A stretch of 46,322 bases of DNA from Pseudomonas sp. (GTDB lineage: Bacteria; Pseudomonadota; Gammaproteobacteria; Pseudomonadales; Pseudomonadaceae), in assembly GCF_026224925.1 (NCBI RefSeq), contig NZ_JAMFRV010000080.1, forward strand, positions 1 to 46,322, written 5' to 3'. Of this stretch, positions 28,336 to 37,345 are shown in pieces. The notes under the pieces were generated by a model, which saw only the letters and a list, made by a program, of their open reading frames with translations, searched no databases and was not told the DNA's origin. How positions within the stretch are numbered: position 1 is the first letter of the stretch; each line of letters opens with the position of its first letter. A program made the position numbers and the translations under genes.

Positions 28336-29061
28336 GTGAGTCGAGTCTTGTATCTATACGGTGGCTGGCCCGGCCATTTTCCATATGAAATTGCCGCATG
28401 GGCTCGGACCGTTTTCCAGGAGCTGGATTTCGATGTCGAAGAGTCGACCGACATCTTCACACTGGACAGGGACTTGACCGGTTACGACCTGATCGTGATC
28501 GGCTGGAACAACGCGGTCACCACTGAAACACTGACAGCCTCTCAAGAAAACCGCCTGCTCGAAGCGATCGAAAGCGGCACCGGGCTGGTGGGTTGGCACG
28601 GTGCGGGCGCAGCTTTCCGTGCAAGCCTCAAGTATCACTGGGTGCTGGGCGGATCGTTTCTTGAGCATCCGATGGGCGAAGGTTTTCCCCATCCGTACCA
28701 AGTCAACGTCATCGATCACACGCATGAGGTCACTCAAGGCGTCGAGGATTTCGAGGTTCGGTCCGAGCAGTACTACATGCAGGTTGACCCGAACATTCAT
28801 GTGCTGGCCGAAACCACGTTCGATGGCAACCCGTTTCCTTGGATCAAGGGTCACCGCAGCCCGGTCGCGTGGGTTCGTCAATGGGGCCTCGGGCGGGTGT
28901 TCTATCACTCGATCGGGCACGACACCAGCAACCTCGCCGACCCGAATATCCGCCGCCTGACCAAGCAGGGCCTGAACTGGGCGACGCGCGGGCGTGCAAC
29001 GGATATCGGCAAATCCGACGTATCCACTCCACTTTCATCAACCCAAGGAGTCCTGTCATGA
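28336..29061 (+). CDS. ThuA-domain protein (class I glutamine amidotransferase-like fold)
   Basis: GGWPGH, GLVGWHG, EQYYM, WGLGRVFYHSIGH. GAGG RBS. Confidence 0.88.
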   Translation: MSRVLYLYGGWPGHFPYEIAAWARTVFQELDFDVEESTDIFTLDRDLTGYDLIVIGWNNAVTTETLTASQENRLLEAIESGTGLVGWHGAGAAFRASLKYHWVLGGSFLEHPMGEGFPHPYQVNVIDHTHEVTQGVEDFEVRSEQYYMQVDPNIHVLAETTFDGNPFPWIKGHRSPVAWVRQWGLGRVFYHSIGHDTSNLADPNIRRLTKQGLNWATRGRATDIGKSDVSTPLSSTQGVLS

Positions 29062-30845
29062 GCAAATTGACCGGCAGCCAGATCGTGGCTCAAACCCTGA
29101 AAAACTATGGCGTCGAATATGTCGCCGGCATCCCCGGCCACGGTATCTGGACACTCACCGACGCCTTCCTCGAAGAAGACTCGAAGCTTAAGTTCATCCA
29201 GGTCTTCCACGAACAAAGTGCCGTTCACCTGGCAGATGGTTACTACCGGGTTTCCGGTAAGCCCATGGCGGCTGTCACCTCCATCGGTGCAGGCGCCGCC
29301 AACACCGTGATCGGCATGGCAACCGCTTTCACCGACTCCACCAGCCTGATGCTGATCACCGGCGGGCCGCCCACACACATGCGCGGCCACGGTTTGTTGC
29401 AAGAGCTGGAGCGCTACACCGACAACGACTTCCCGAAAATCGCCGAAGCTGTCACCAAGCGTCACTGGGTCGCTACTCGCGTTGAAGAGTTGCCGTTCAT
29501 GATGCATCGGGCCTGGAGCGCGATGGTCACTGGCCGCCCAGGCCCGGTCCATCTTGAAATTCCGATGGACGTTCAGGCTGAGGCGGCCGAAGTCACACTT
29601 CACGCTTTGGAAGAACGCACCCCTATCGGAAAGTGTTTCCCGGATCCGAAGGCCACTGCTCGAGCGGTTGAAGAACTGAAGCTTTGCAAGCGCCCGGTGC
29701 TAGTTATCGGTGGCGGGGTTATCACTGGCGAGGCAAGCGCCGAAGTGCTCGCGCTGGCCGAGTCCTGGAAAATTCCGGTGGTTACCACCTGGAACGGCAA
29801 AAGTGGTTTCCCGGAAGATCATCCGCTGTTCGCTGGCAGCGTCGGCCAGACCGGCACGATGTGCGGTAACAAAGTGGCCTCCACTGCTGACGTCATTATT
29901 GCTGTGGGGTGTCGCTTCACGGACTGGTCGTCGTCCAGTTATGCCAAGGGCGTGACCTTTGCGATTCCGCCATCGAAGCTTATCCACATCGACATCGATC
30001 CGCACGAGATCGGCAAGAACTACCCAGTTACCGTGGGTATTTGTGCAGATGCCAAGCACGCGCTGGCCCATATCGTGGAAGGTTTGAAAGATCAGACTGT
30101 GGATCGCGAAGAGTACTTAAGCGACCTGCGAGGCTATCAGGCCGAATGGGAGTCCAAGCTGGCTGGCCGTCGTGACTCTGATCGCTTTCCTTTCACCTCT
30201 CAACGTCCGTTGGGCGCGCTGCGCAAGATATTCCCGCGCGACACCATCGTAGTCGTCGGGTCCGGCAATACTCAGGGTGCGGTTAAACAAACCTTCCCTG
30301 TTTATACCCCGCGTACACACCTGACTTCTGGCGGATTTTCGTCCATGGGCTGGGCAGTTCCGGCCGCTATCGGGGCCAAGTTGGCCGCGCCAAACCAGCC
30401 GGTGGTGTGCATCCTGGGCGATGGCGATTTCCTGATGACCTCTCAAGAAATTGCTATCTGTGTGACCAACAACATTCCTGTGGTGTTCATGATCCAGAAC
30501 AACGCCGGGTACATGTCGATTCGCGGTGGCCAGCGCAAACAAACCAGCCGCCATATCGGCACCGAGTTCAATCATCCGGACGGCACTCCATATAGCCCAG
30601 ACTTCAAAGCGGTCGGCGAAGCCTTCGGCCTGAAATCCTATCGTGTGGAGCGCCCGGAAGACCTCGAGCCGATCCTGCAAGAAGCCTTGGATCTGAACGT
30701 CCCTGTGTTGATCGAAATCCCGACTGATCGCGACGCCGCTGGCCCTTGGGTACCGGGCTGGTGGGACTTCCCGATCCCTGAGTACATCACTGACGAACGC
30801 CAGGACGAGTACTGGGAATTGCGGAAATCCGAACAACACCTATAA
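29058..30845 (+). CDS. ThDP-dependent enzyme (acetolactate synthase/IolD-like), intact motifs
   Basis: PGHG, HEQ, LQE, GPV, SMGW, GDGDF...NN. ATGA overlap with the thuA-like gene. Confidence 0.92.
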   Translation: MSKLTGSQIVAQTLKNYGVEYVAGIPGHGIWTLTDAFLEEDSKLKFIQVFHEQSAVHLADGYYRVSGKPMAAVTSIGAGAANTVIGMATAFTDSTSLMLITGGPPTHMRGHGLLQELERYTDNDFPKIAEAVTKRHWVATRVEELPFMMHRAWSAMVTGRPGPVHLEIPMDVQAEAAEVTLHALEERTPIGKCFPDPKATARAVEELKLCKRPVLVIGGGVITGEASAEVLALAESWKIPVVTTWNGKSGFPEDHPLFAGSVGQTGTMCGNKVASTADVIIAVGCRFTDWSSSSYAKGVTFAIPPSKLIHIDIDPHEIGKNYPVTVGICADAKHALAHIVEGLKDQTVDREEYLSDLRGYQAEWESKLAGRRDSDRFPFTSQRPLGALRKIFPRDTIVVVGSGNTQGAVKQTFPVYTPRTHLTSGGFSSMGWAVPAAIGAKLAAPNQPVVCILGDGDFLMTSQEIAICVTNNIPVVFMIQNNAGYMSIRGGQRKQTSRHIGTEFNHPDGTPYSPDFKAVGEAFGLKSYRVERPEDLEPILQEALDLNVPVLIEIPTDRDAAGPWVPGWWDFPIPEYITDERQDEYWELRKSEQHL

Positions 30846-30862
30846 GAACTGGAGCGGCTCAA

Positions 30863-32491
30863 ATGAGTGATGCATTGATTTCGCATCATGCAGAGCTGAA
30901 TCCACAACTGGGGGCGCCGCGCGAGCAGCGCGCCCTCGACGTGGTGACACCTGATGCAGATGGCAATATCAACTGTGATGTAGTGATTGTCGGCTCGGGC
31001 ATGGGCGGCTCCACCTTTGCCCATGCTTTACGCGATAGCGGCCTGGACATTGTGATCGTCGAACGGGGTGATTTCCTGCCGCGTGAAATACAGAACTGGA
31101 GCACCGAATCGGTGTTCGCAGAAGGCCGTTATCGAAATGCCGAGCAGTGGCTGGATGAATCCAACCAACCTTTTTCTCCGGGCGTATTTTATTACGTAGG
31201 CGGCAACACCAAGTTTTACGGAGCAATGCTCCCACGGTTTCGTGAAGAGGACTTTGCCGAGATTCAGCACGTCGAGGGCATATCCCCCGCCTGGCCGATC
31301 AGCTACGCGGAATTGGAACCTTGGTACGCCGAGGCCGAAAAACTCTACCGGGTTCATGGCCAGGCGGGCATCGATCCCTGCGAGCCCTGGCGCTCGGGCC
31401 CTTTTCCGCAACCTGCGCTCAACCATGACCCGGCGTTGGCGCCGCTGGAGGCAAGCATGCGCCGTTCCGGGCTCAAACCCTTTGTCATGCCCGCAGCGGT
31501 GGACTATGGCGACGGCGGTGACTGCGTGTTGTGTTCAACCTGTGATGGATACCCCTGTCTTGTGGACGCCAAAGCCGACGCAGAGGTGTCTGCCCTGAGG
31601 CCAGCGCTGCGCAGCGCAACCGTCAGGCTTATGACCCGCACAACGATCAAACAATTGAAAACCGCCGAGGACGGCCGGACCGTCACCGAGGCTCATGGCC
31701 TCTTGAATGGCCGAGACGTAACGCTGCGCGCCAAACGCTTCATACTGGCGTGCGGAGCAGTGAACAGCGCAGCCCTGTTGTTCAAGTCAGCGAACGAACA
31801 GCACCCCGACGGCCTAGGTAATAGCTCAGGGCAACTGGGTCGAAACTACATGGTGCACAACAGCACATTCATGCTCGCCGTCGACCCACGCCGCAAGAAC
31901 AAAGTGATTTTCCAGAAAACCCTGGCCATCAACGATTGGTACAGCGCCAGCGCCCTCAATTCGTTCCCTTTGGGCAACGTGCAGATGCTTGGAAAAATTC
32001 GCGAACCGATGATCACCTCGATGCGCCCCTGGCTTCCAAAGTTCGTATCGCGATACCTCACCGACCACAGCGTCGACCTGTACCTGACATCAGAGGATTT
32101 GCCAACGCAGGAAAACCGAGTCACTTATGACAAGCTGCGCGGGGCGATCAAAGTGCACTGGAAACCAAACAACCTGAAGGCCCATGAAGGCCTAGTGAGC
32201 AAGACCAGTAAAGTCATGCGAGAGGCTGGCTACCCACTGATCCTGAAAGCGCGCATGGGGATTGCCACAAACTCGCACCAGTGTGGCACTGCCGTCATGG
32301 GCAAGGAGCCGACGTCAAGCGTGCTGGATCTGAATTGCAAGATGCATGACCTGGATAACGTCTGGGTGGTCGACAGTTCTTTCTTCCCGTCTTCGGCCGC
32401 TGTTAATCCGGCGCTCACCATCGCGGCCAATGCCTTGCGGGTCGCGGCGAATTTCAAGCGTGGCGAGTTGAACGGCAAAAAGAAAATCTGA
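30863..32491 (+). CDS. GMC FAD oxidoreductase with Cys cluster (glucoside/aminoglycoside oxidase-like type)
   Basis: VGSGMGG, GGNTKFYG, CVLCSTCDGYPC, GRNYMVH, SHQCGT, NPALTIAA. Confidence 0.88.
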   Translation: MSDALISHHAELNPQLGAPREQRALDVVTPDADGNINCDVVIVGSGMGGSTFAHALRDSGLDIVIVERGDFLPREIQNWSTESVFAEGRYRNAEQWLDESNQPFSPGVFYYVGGNTKFYGAMLPRFREEDFAEIQHVEGISPAWPISYAELEPWYAEAEKLYRVHGQAGIDPCEPWRSGPFPQPALNHDPALAPLEASMRRSGLKPFVMPAAVDYGDGGDCVLCSTCDGYPCLVDAKADAEVSALRPALRSATVRLMTRTTIKQLKTAEDGRTVTEAHGLLNGRDVTLRAKRFILACGAVNSAALLFKSANEQHPDGLGNSSGQLGRNYMVHNSTFMLAVDPRRKNKVIFQKTLAINDWYSASALNSFPLGNVQMLGKIREPMITSMRPWLPKFVSRYLTDHSVDLYLTSEDLPTQENRVTYDKLRGAIKVHWKPNNLKAHEGLVSKTSKVMREAGYPLILKARMGIATNSHQCGTAVMGKEPTSSVLDLNCKMHDLDNVWVVDSSFFPSSAAVNPALTIAANALRVAANFKRGELNGKKKI

Positions 32492-32496
32492 AGTAC

Positions 32497-32529
32497 GGCT
32501 GCGGTGTAGTTTTTCACACCGCAGCCTTT
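32497..32529. terminator. Terminator hairpin between convergent genes
   Basis: GGCTGCGGTGT-N8-ACACCGCAGCC (11 bp) followed by TTT. Confidence 0.65.
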
Positions 32530-32544
32530 ACGCCTTGCGCGGTC

Positions 32545-33645
32545 TTAAATGTCCGTTGCCTGAAACTTTGCCGTCGACGTTCGCACAATTAGTTTGGTGG
32601 CGAAAATCTTCTGCTCGGGCTCCAACTCTGTGCCGGCCGGTGCATTCAGCTGATCGGTCAGAAGCCTTGCGGCGTATACGCCCTTTTCCACCATGGGCTG
32701 GGCAATGGTGGTCAAACCGAGCTGCACTGCCTCAGGGATATCGTCAAAACCAATCACCGAAAGGGCTTGCGGGACCTTCCGGTTGAGAGCGTGAGCCGTC
32801 TTCATGCAAGCAATCGCCATCACATCCGAACAGGCAACCACTGCCGTTACATCGCTGGAAGTCAACAGCGTGAACGCGGCTGTCTGCCCGGAAGTCGAAT
32901 CAAGCCCACCGGCTTCGATAATGCTCAGATCCTCGAATGCCAGGCCGGCCGCGCTTGCAGTCTCCACGTATCCGGTGAGCCGCTCTCTGACAATTCGCTC
33001 GCTAGCGCTTTTGAAACGTTGCCGATCAATTGGACCGCGATAACCGTCGGGGTTGAGTCGGTCAATGATAATGCCTATTTTGCGGTGACCCAGATCCAGC
33101 ATGTGTTGCATCTGCGCGCGGGCGGCGCCTCGATCATCAATTCCGACAAAAAAAGAACCGTCCACTAGAGGTGAATCGATCACCACAAACGGGATGTTTT
33201 GTTTCACGACCGCCAACACGGCCGGGTGATCATCGGGAAGGGTCGAGATAATCAGACCGTCAACCAACCCGCGCAGCGCCAGACTGCCGTGACTCGCGGC
33301 CTGGGCACGACCAACAAGCCGGTTGTTATTGAGTGGAAACAACGTCAGCGCGACATTTTCCAGCTCGCCCACTTCACTGATCCCTCGCAACAAGGCAATG
33401 GTGCAAGGGTCGGCAAACGCCAGGGACAATTTGTCCATCATCATCAACCCGATCGCCCCGATCTTGCCCGAGCGCAGGCTTCGCCCAAGGACGTTAGGTC
33501 CCGGGTAGCCCAAGTTAGCGGCAACCTCGAGGATGTGCTCGCGCTGAGCTTGCGATAGTTTGGATGGGCGATTGTAAGCGTAAGACACCGCAGGCTGAGA
33601 CACCCCCGCCGCCAGTGCTACATCTTTCATTGAAACGGATGCCAT
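32545..33645 (-). CDS. LacI family transcriptional regulator
   Basis: SMKDVALAAGVSQPAVSYAYN HTH, SVIGFDD, LTTIAQP, LIVRTST. Confidence 0.95.
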   Translation of the reverse strand: MASVSMKDVALAAGVSQPAVSYAYNRPSKLSQAQREHILEVAANLGYPGPNVLGRSLRSGKIGAIGLMMMDKLSLAFADPCTIALLRGISEVGELENVALTLFPLNNNRLVGRAQAASHGSLALRGLVDGLIISTLPDDHPAVLAVVKQNIPFVVIDSPLVDGSFFVGIDDRGAARAQMQHMLDLGHRKIGIIIDRLNPDGYRGPIDRQRFKSASERIVRERLTGYVETASAAGLAFEDLSIIEAGGLDSTSGQTAAFTLLTSSDVTAVVACSDVMAIACMKTAHALNRKVPQALSVIGFDDIPEAVQLGLTTIAQPMVEKGVYAARLLTDQLNAPAGTELEPEQKIFATKLIVRTSTAKFQATDI

Positions 33646-33705
33646 CGCTTGCTTCCCAACCTTGTTGAAACCTCATCCGAGGCCAGTGAAAAAAAGTCCA
33701 TGCAC

Positions 33706-34875
33706 TCAGTGTAACCGTTGACGGGAAACCTTCGGAACCAGTCGAGTGGCACTGAGCATTATCGCAATCATCAACGAGGCAACGGCGAGTAGCGCCGTAG
33801 ACAGACTGGTCGCTTGGGCGACAAGCCCGATGACTGCCGGGCCCATCAGGATGCCGAGGTAACCCAGACTGGTCGCAGCGGCAATGGCCAATTCACCTGG
33901 CATGGTCCTCTGGGCACCCGCCAGCGATAAATAAACCGGCGCAATGTTCGCCAATCCCGCGCCGATGACCGCAAAACCTACCAGGTTCAACAGCCAGTCA
34001 GTCGCCAGCACCACCGTCATGAATCCCGTTATCACAACAAGACCGCCACCAATCAATACCACGCGCGCGCCCAGCTTCAGCAGAATCCGGTCACCACTCA
34101 AGCGCCCCAAGGCCATCATCACTGCGAACGCTGCGTAGCCCAGGCCGGCAATCGAATGCTGAACGCCTCGTACCTCAGCGAGGAATGCCGCGCTCCAGTC
34201 GAGAATGGCGCCCTCAGCAAGAAAGGCAAACAGGCACAGCAAGCCCAACAGCAGAACTTTGCGGGTGGGTCTGACAAATATCGGGCTGCCTTCGTCACCG
34301 CTGCGCCCCAACATCTGCCGTCCGTATGTCAGTACAAATGCGACCAGTAGCGCCATTACTGCACTGCTTGCCAACAACGGCGTGGCCCCAAGCCATAACA
34401 ATCCGGTGATACCTGCAGCACTGACAATCGCTCCCAGGCTGAACAAGCCATGGAACCCCGACATCAGTGAGCGCCCGGTTGCACGCTCCACCATCACCCC
34501 CTGAACGTTCATCGTCACATCGATCGACCCACACCCTGCGCCAAACACTGTCAGAGCGAACATCAATCCTGAGAAAGAATGGGTCGTCGCCAACATGGGC
34601 AAAGTCAGCAATACCAGAGCGATGCCGACGTGCATGGTAAAGCGACAACCTTTCCTGGCGTTCAGAATGCCTGCGAGCGGCATCATCACCAGTGAACCCA
34701 GGCCAAGGCAGAGCAACAGTAGACCGAGCGCACCATCGTCGACACCTGCCCGGCTACGCGCATAAGGAACCAAGGGAGCCCATGCGCCCATGCACAGGCC
34801 TGACATCAGGAACGTCGCCCGATAGGCCGGCATATGAGGTGTAGAGCACGGCAGTACCAGTTCTTGAGACGACAC
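33706..34875 (-). CDS. MFS transporter (YbjJ-like)
   Basis: AWAPLVP, DVTMNVQG, MSGFHGLFSLG, EGAILDWSA. About 12 TM. Confidence 0.9.
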   Translation of the reverse strand: MSSQELVLPCSTPHMPAYRATFLMSGLCMGAWAPLVPYARSRAGVDDGALGLLLLCLGLGSLVMMPLAGILNARKGCRFTMHVGIALVLLTLPMLATTHSFSGLMFALTVFGAGCGSIDVTMNVQGVMVERATGRSLMSGFHGLFSLGAIVSAAGITGLLWLGATPLLASSAVMALLVAFVLTYGRQMLGRSGDEGSPIFVRPTRKVLLLGLLCLFAFLAEGAILDWSAAFLAEVRGVQHSIAGLGYAAFAVMMALGRLSGDRILLKLGARVVLIGGGLVVITGFMTVVLATDWLLNLVGFAVIGAGLANIAPVYLSLAGAQRTMPGELAIAAATSLGYLGILMGPAVIGLVAQATSLSTALLAVASLMIAIMLSATRLVPKVSRQRLH

Positions 34876-34902
34876 GGAAACCTCTGTGGCCGATCCATGG
34901 AA

Positions 34903-34916
34903 GTTATACGTATAAC
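34903..34916. promoter_or_regulatory. Operator copy GTTATACGTATAAC
   Basis: Perfect 14-bp palindrome upstream of the MFS-lacI unit. Confidence 0.8.
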
Positions 34917-35013
34917 CTAAATTAACCCGTTAGGCCACTGGGGTCAAAAAAGATAGAATGGTACAACCATAAAAATATTGACATAAGCCAGACTTAAAAT
35001 GTTAAGTTTATGA

Positions 35014-35029
35014 AGTTATACGTATAACT
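35014..35029. promoter_or_regulatory. Operator copy AGTTATACGTATAACT
   Basis: Perfect 16-bp palindrome downstream of TTGACA (34978-34983), upstream of the second MFS. Confidence 0.8.
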
Positions 35030-35092
35030 CAAATCAGCATTATCTTCAATTGCATGAACACCCAACAAAAATAAAAGGGACAATGCAGCGCG

Positions 35093-36376
35093 ATGAACAA
35101 CCTTCAAACAACTCAGATCCCCACCCGTATTCGCAAGGCACGTGTCGCGACCTTCTTGGGCTTCATGATGATTGGCGCAATGATGTACATCTGGTCGACG
35201 GGTGTGAGTGTATTCAGAGCGCAGCTGAGTCTTACCGGCGAATTGGGAGATGCGAATTTCGGGTTGATCGCGCTCGGCGTCGGTCTTGGTTCCGCAACAG
35301 GTGCACTGTGTGTGGGCCGCTTGCTGGATACCTTTGGTGCGAAGCCGGTCATCACGGTATGCGCACTGGCCTATCCCCTGTCCATCATTCCGCTGGGCTT
35401 CGTCAGTGGTTTTTGGTTCGCGTTGTGTTTCGGTGTCGTGCTGGGATTGCTGAGAGGGGCGCTGGATACCGCTTTGAATGCGCATGGTGTTCAAGTCGAA
35501 CGTTTCTACCAGCGCTCGATCATGTCCGGCTTCCACGCGTTTTATTCACTGGGAGGCTTTTTGTTAGGGATGGTGTGCAGTTGGCTCACAAGCCTCTACA
35601 CCGACAGCGTTCAACTGCCCTACACCGTACTTGGCGTGGCGCTGTTTATCGTGGGCTGTTTTTTCAGCCGATGGCTGCTGGGCAAGCATGATGTTCCCGA
35701 GTCGTCATCCAACGACTGGCAAGCGCACGCGCAGTTACCTGATGAGGCCATGGGTCCATCGGCAAAAACATTGCTGGTCATGATTGCTCTCGGAGTCCTG
35801 CTGTTAGGCAGCATGATGGGGGAAAATGCGATTGCAGATTGGGGTCAGGAATACATCCGCCGCGAATTTGCAACAACAACCTCGACAGCAGGCATGGCCG
35901 TGTCCATCTTTGTCGGCGCAGCCTTCATCGGGCGTCTTTTCGGTGACCGGTTGGCGGCGGCGTTTGGTAATTCGCAAGTAGTCTTCGGATGCGGAACGCT
36001 GTGCGTCCTCGGCATGACGATTACCATCGTCGGTGGCACCGTAGTGACCGGCATCATCGGCTTTGCTTTGTTCGGCCTCGGCCTTTCCTGCATCGCCCCC
36101 TTGATGATCTCCGCCGCCGGGCGCAGAGATCCGAAACGTGCGGGTCGCAATATCGGCATCGTCAACTCTATCGGTTTCTCCGGGATGCTCGTGGGGCCTG
36201 CCGCGATCACCGTGATCGTCAGCAATTTCGGCCTGAGCACACTGATGTATTTCCCACTGGTTATGCTCGGCCTGCTGGCAACATTTGGCCCACTTCTGAT
36301 GCGAACGCCTAGAACCATTGTCATCGCCGAACTGCCCTCTATTGCCAGGACTGGTTCTGGCTCATCCTTGTCGTAG
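35093..36376 (+). CDS. MFS transporter (YbjJ-like), second copy
   Basis: DTALNAHG, MSGFHAFYSLG, ENAIADW, GRLFGDRL. Confidence 0.9.
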   Translation: MNNLQTTQIPTRIRKARVATFLGFMMIGAMMYIWSTGVSVFRAQLSLTGELGDANFGLIALGVGLGSATGALCVGRLLDTFGAKPVITVCALAYPLSIIPLGFVSGFWFALCFGVVLGLLRGALDTALNAHGVQVERFYQRSIMSGFHAFYSLGGFLLGMVCSWLTSLYTDSVQLPYTVLGVALFIVGCFFSRWLLGKHDVPESSSNDWQAHAQLPDEAMGPSAKTLLVMIALGVLLLGSMMGENAIADWGQEYIRREFATTTSTAGMAVSIFVGAAFIGRLFGDRLAAAFGNSQVVFGCGTLCVLGMTITIVGGTVVTGIIGFALFGLGLSCIAPLMISAAGRRDPKRAGRNIGIVNSIGFSGMLVGPAAITVIVSNFGLSTLMYFPLVMLGLLATFGPLLMRTPRTIVIAELPSIARTGSGSSLS

Positions 36377-36486
36377 ATTGCGAACATCCGAAACTGGCCA
36401 TCATCGTGCAGCCAATAATAAATGACTCGCAAGCCGTCGCCAGCCGTGGCAGTGAAAGTGCCGGTTTGGAAGAGGACTGTTCTCAT
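36361..36486 (-). pseudogene. RelE/HigB-type toxin remnant with internal deletion
   Basis: MRTVLFQTGTFTATAGD joined directly to GLRVIYYWLHDDGQFRMFAIYDKDE. The usual central RKxR..GK.GG segment and the C-terminus are absent, and no antitoxin is present. Confidence 0.7.
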
Positions 36487-36817
36487 TGGGGAAACGTGTA
36501 CGCACATCGCTTATGTTTACGCAGCTTCTGGTTAACATAACAGGCATCGTTTGCTGCTGAAGCGCGTAAAAAGCCCAGCGTGAATGCATGAAGCCTCCAC
36601 GCAAAAGTCACGCAATCCCTTCCACCCCCGGCGTCCTGCCGATCAAACACAATCTCATATCGACAAGCGCTCGTAGCCGACACCAGACCCGCCCATGCTC
36701 AGAAATTGAGATCGTCCTCAAACCTCCTCACACCAAATGAGAAACATTCTGTAACCCTGTCGGACTTGTTCGTGGCGGATGACCATGCAATCAATAGGAT
36801 TTCCATGGAGTATCACT

Positions 36818-36943
36818 ATGCCCACAGCACAAATCATCCTCATGGCTATTTTCGGAGTAGTCATAATTGCCTGGGGTGTCCGCCTGGATATGAAGAACCA
36901 TAAGAAAGAACAAGCTGAACGATCCGCGTCTGACGAAGGTTGA
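36818..36943 (+). CDS. Putative 41-aa single-TM small protein
   Basis: GGAG RBS, then MPTAQIILMAIFGVVIIAWGVRLDMKNHKKEQAERSASDEG*. Below the ORF-track cutoff. Confidence 0.5.
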   Translation: MPTAQIILMAIFGVVIIAWGVRLDMKNHKKEQAERSASDEG

Positions 36944-37345
36944 CAGATCGGCGAATCAGCAATAACGGAGATTTTCTTCGCGAATTCCAGATAACGGAAT
37001 TCGCTCCGAGCAGGCTGCCTCGGCCTCCACCAGCAGCACCAAGCCAATTAGCAATCCCTTCATAATCCCAGCTCATGATCGATGATTGACATGGCAGCCG
37101 TAGCTGGATCGTCCGTTAGCAAAGGGGTGGGTCGAGTAGTCGCTGAACAAATCGAGCTTCCCGCCGATCCCGATCCCGATCCAGGTGACGGTGACGTTAT
37201 AGCCATCATCCAGTACCCGAGAGCATCCAAACGAATGATCAGATCCGCTCCCGGCTATGGATGTAAGCGCTATCGCGAAGCCGATGTAGACTTACAGCCG
37301 CTCTGCCCTACTATCGCTTTGTACGTTCCACTGCTGGAGATCCAC

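Noticed and set aside
29058-30845. Calling this gene iolD or ilvB
   Set aside because: No iolB/iolC or acetolactate synthase small subunit nearby, and similarity is at family level only.
28220-35029. Repeated palindrome as CRISPR repeat, REP or transposon end
   Set aside because: Only 14-16 bp, not arrayed, confined to promoter regions, and no cas or transposase nearby.
36706-37076. ORF-track ORFs 36706-36903, 36718-37047 and 36861-37076
   Set aside because: No recognisable domain or convincing RBS. Possibly decayed sequence.
37082-37345. N-terminal extension of LysR including CCGATC x3 (PDPDP)
   Set aside because: The HTH and RBS indicate a start at 37346. The short repeat is too small to interpret.
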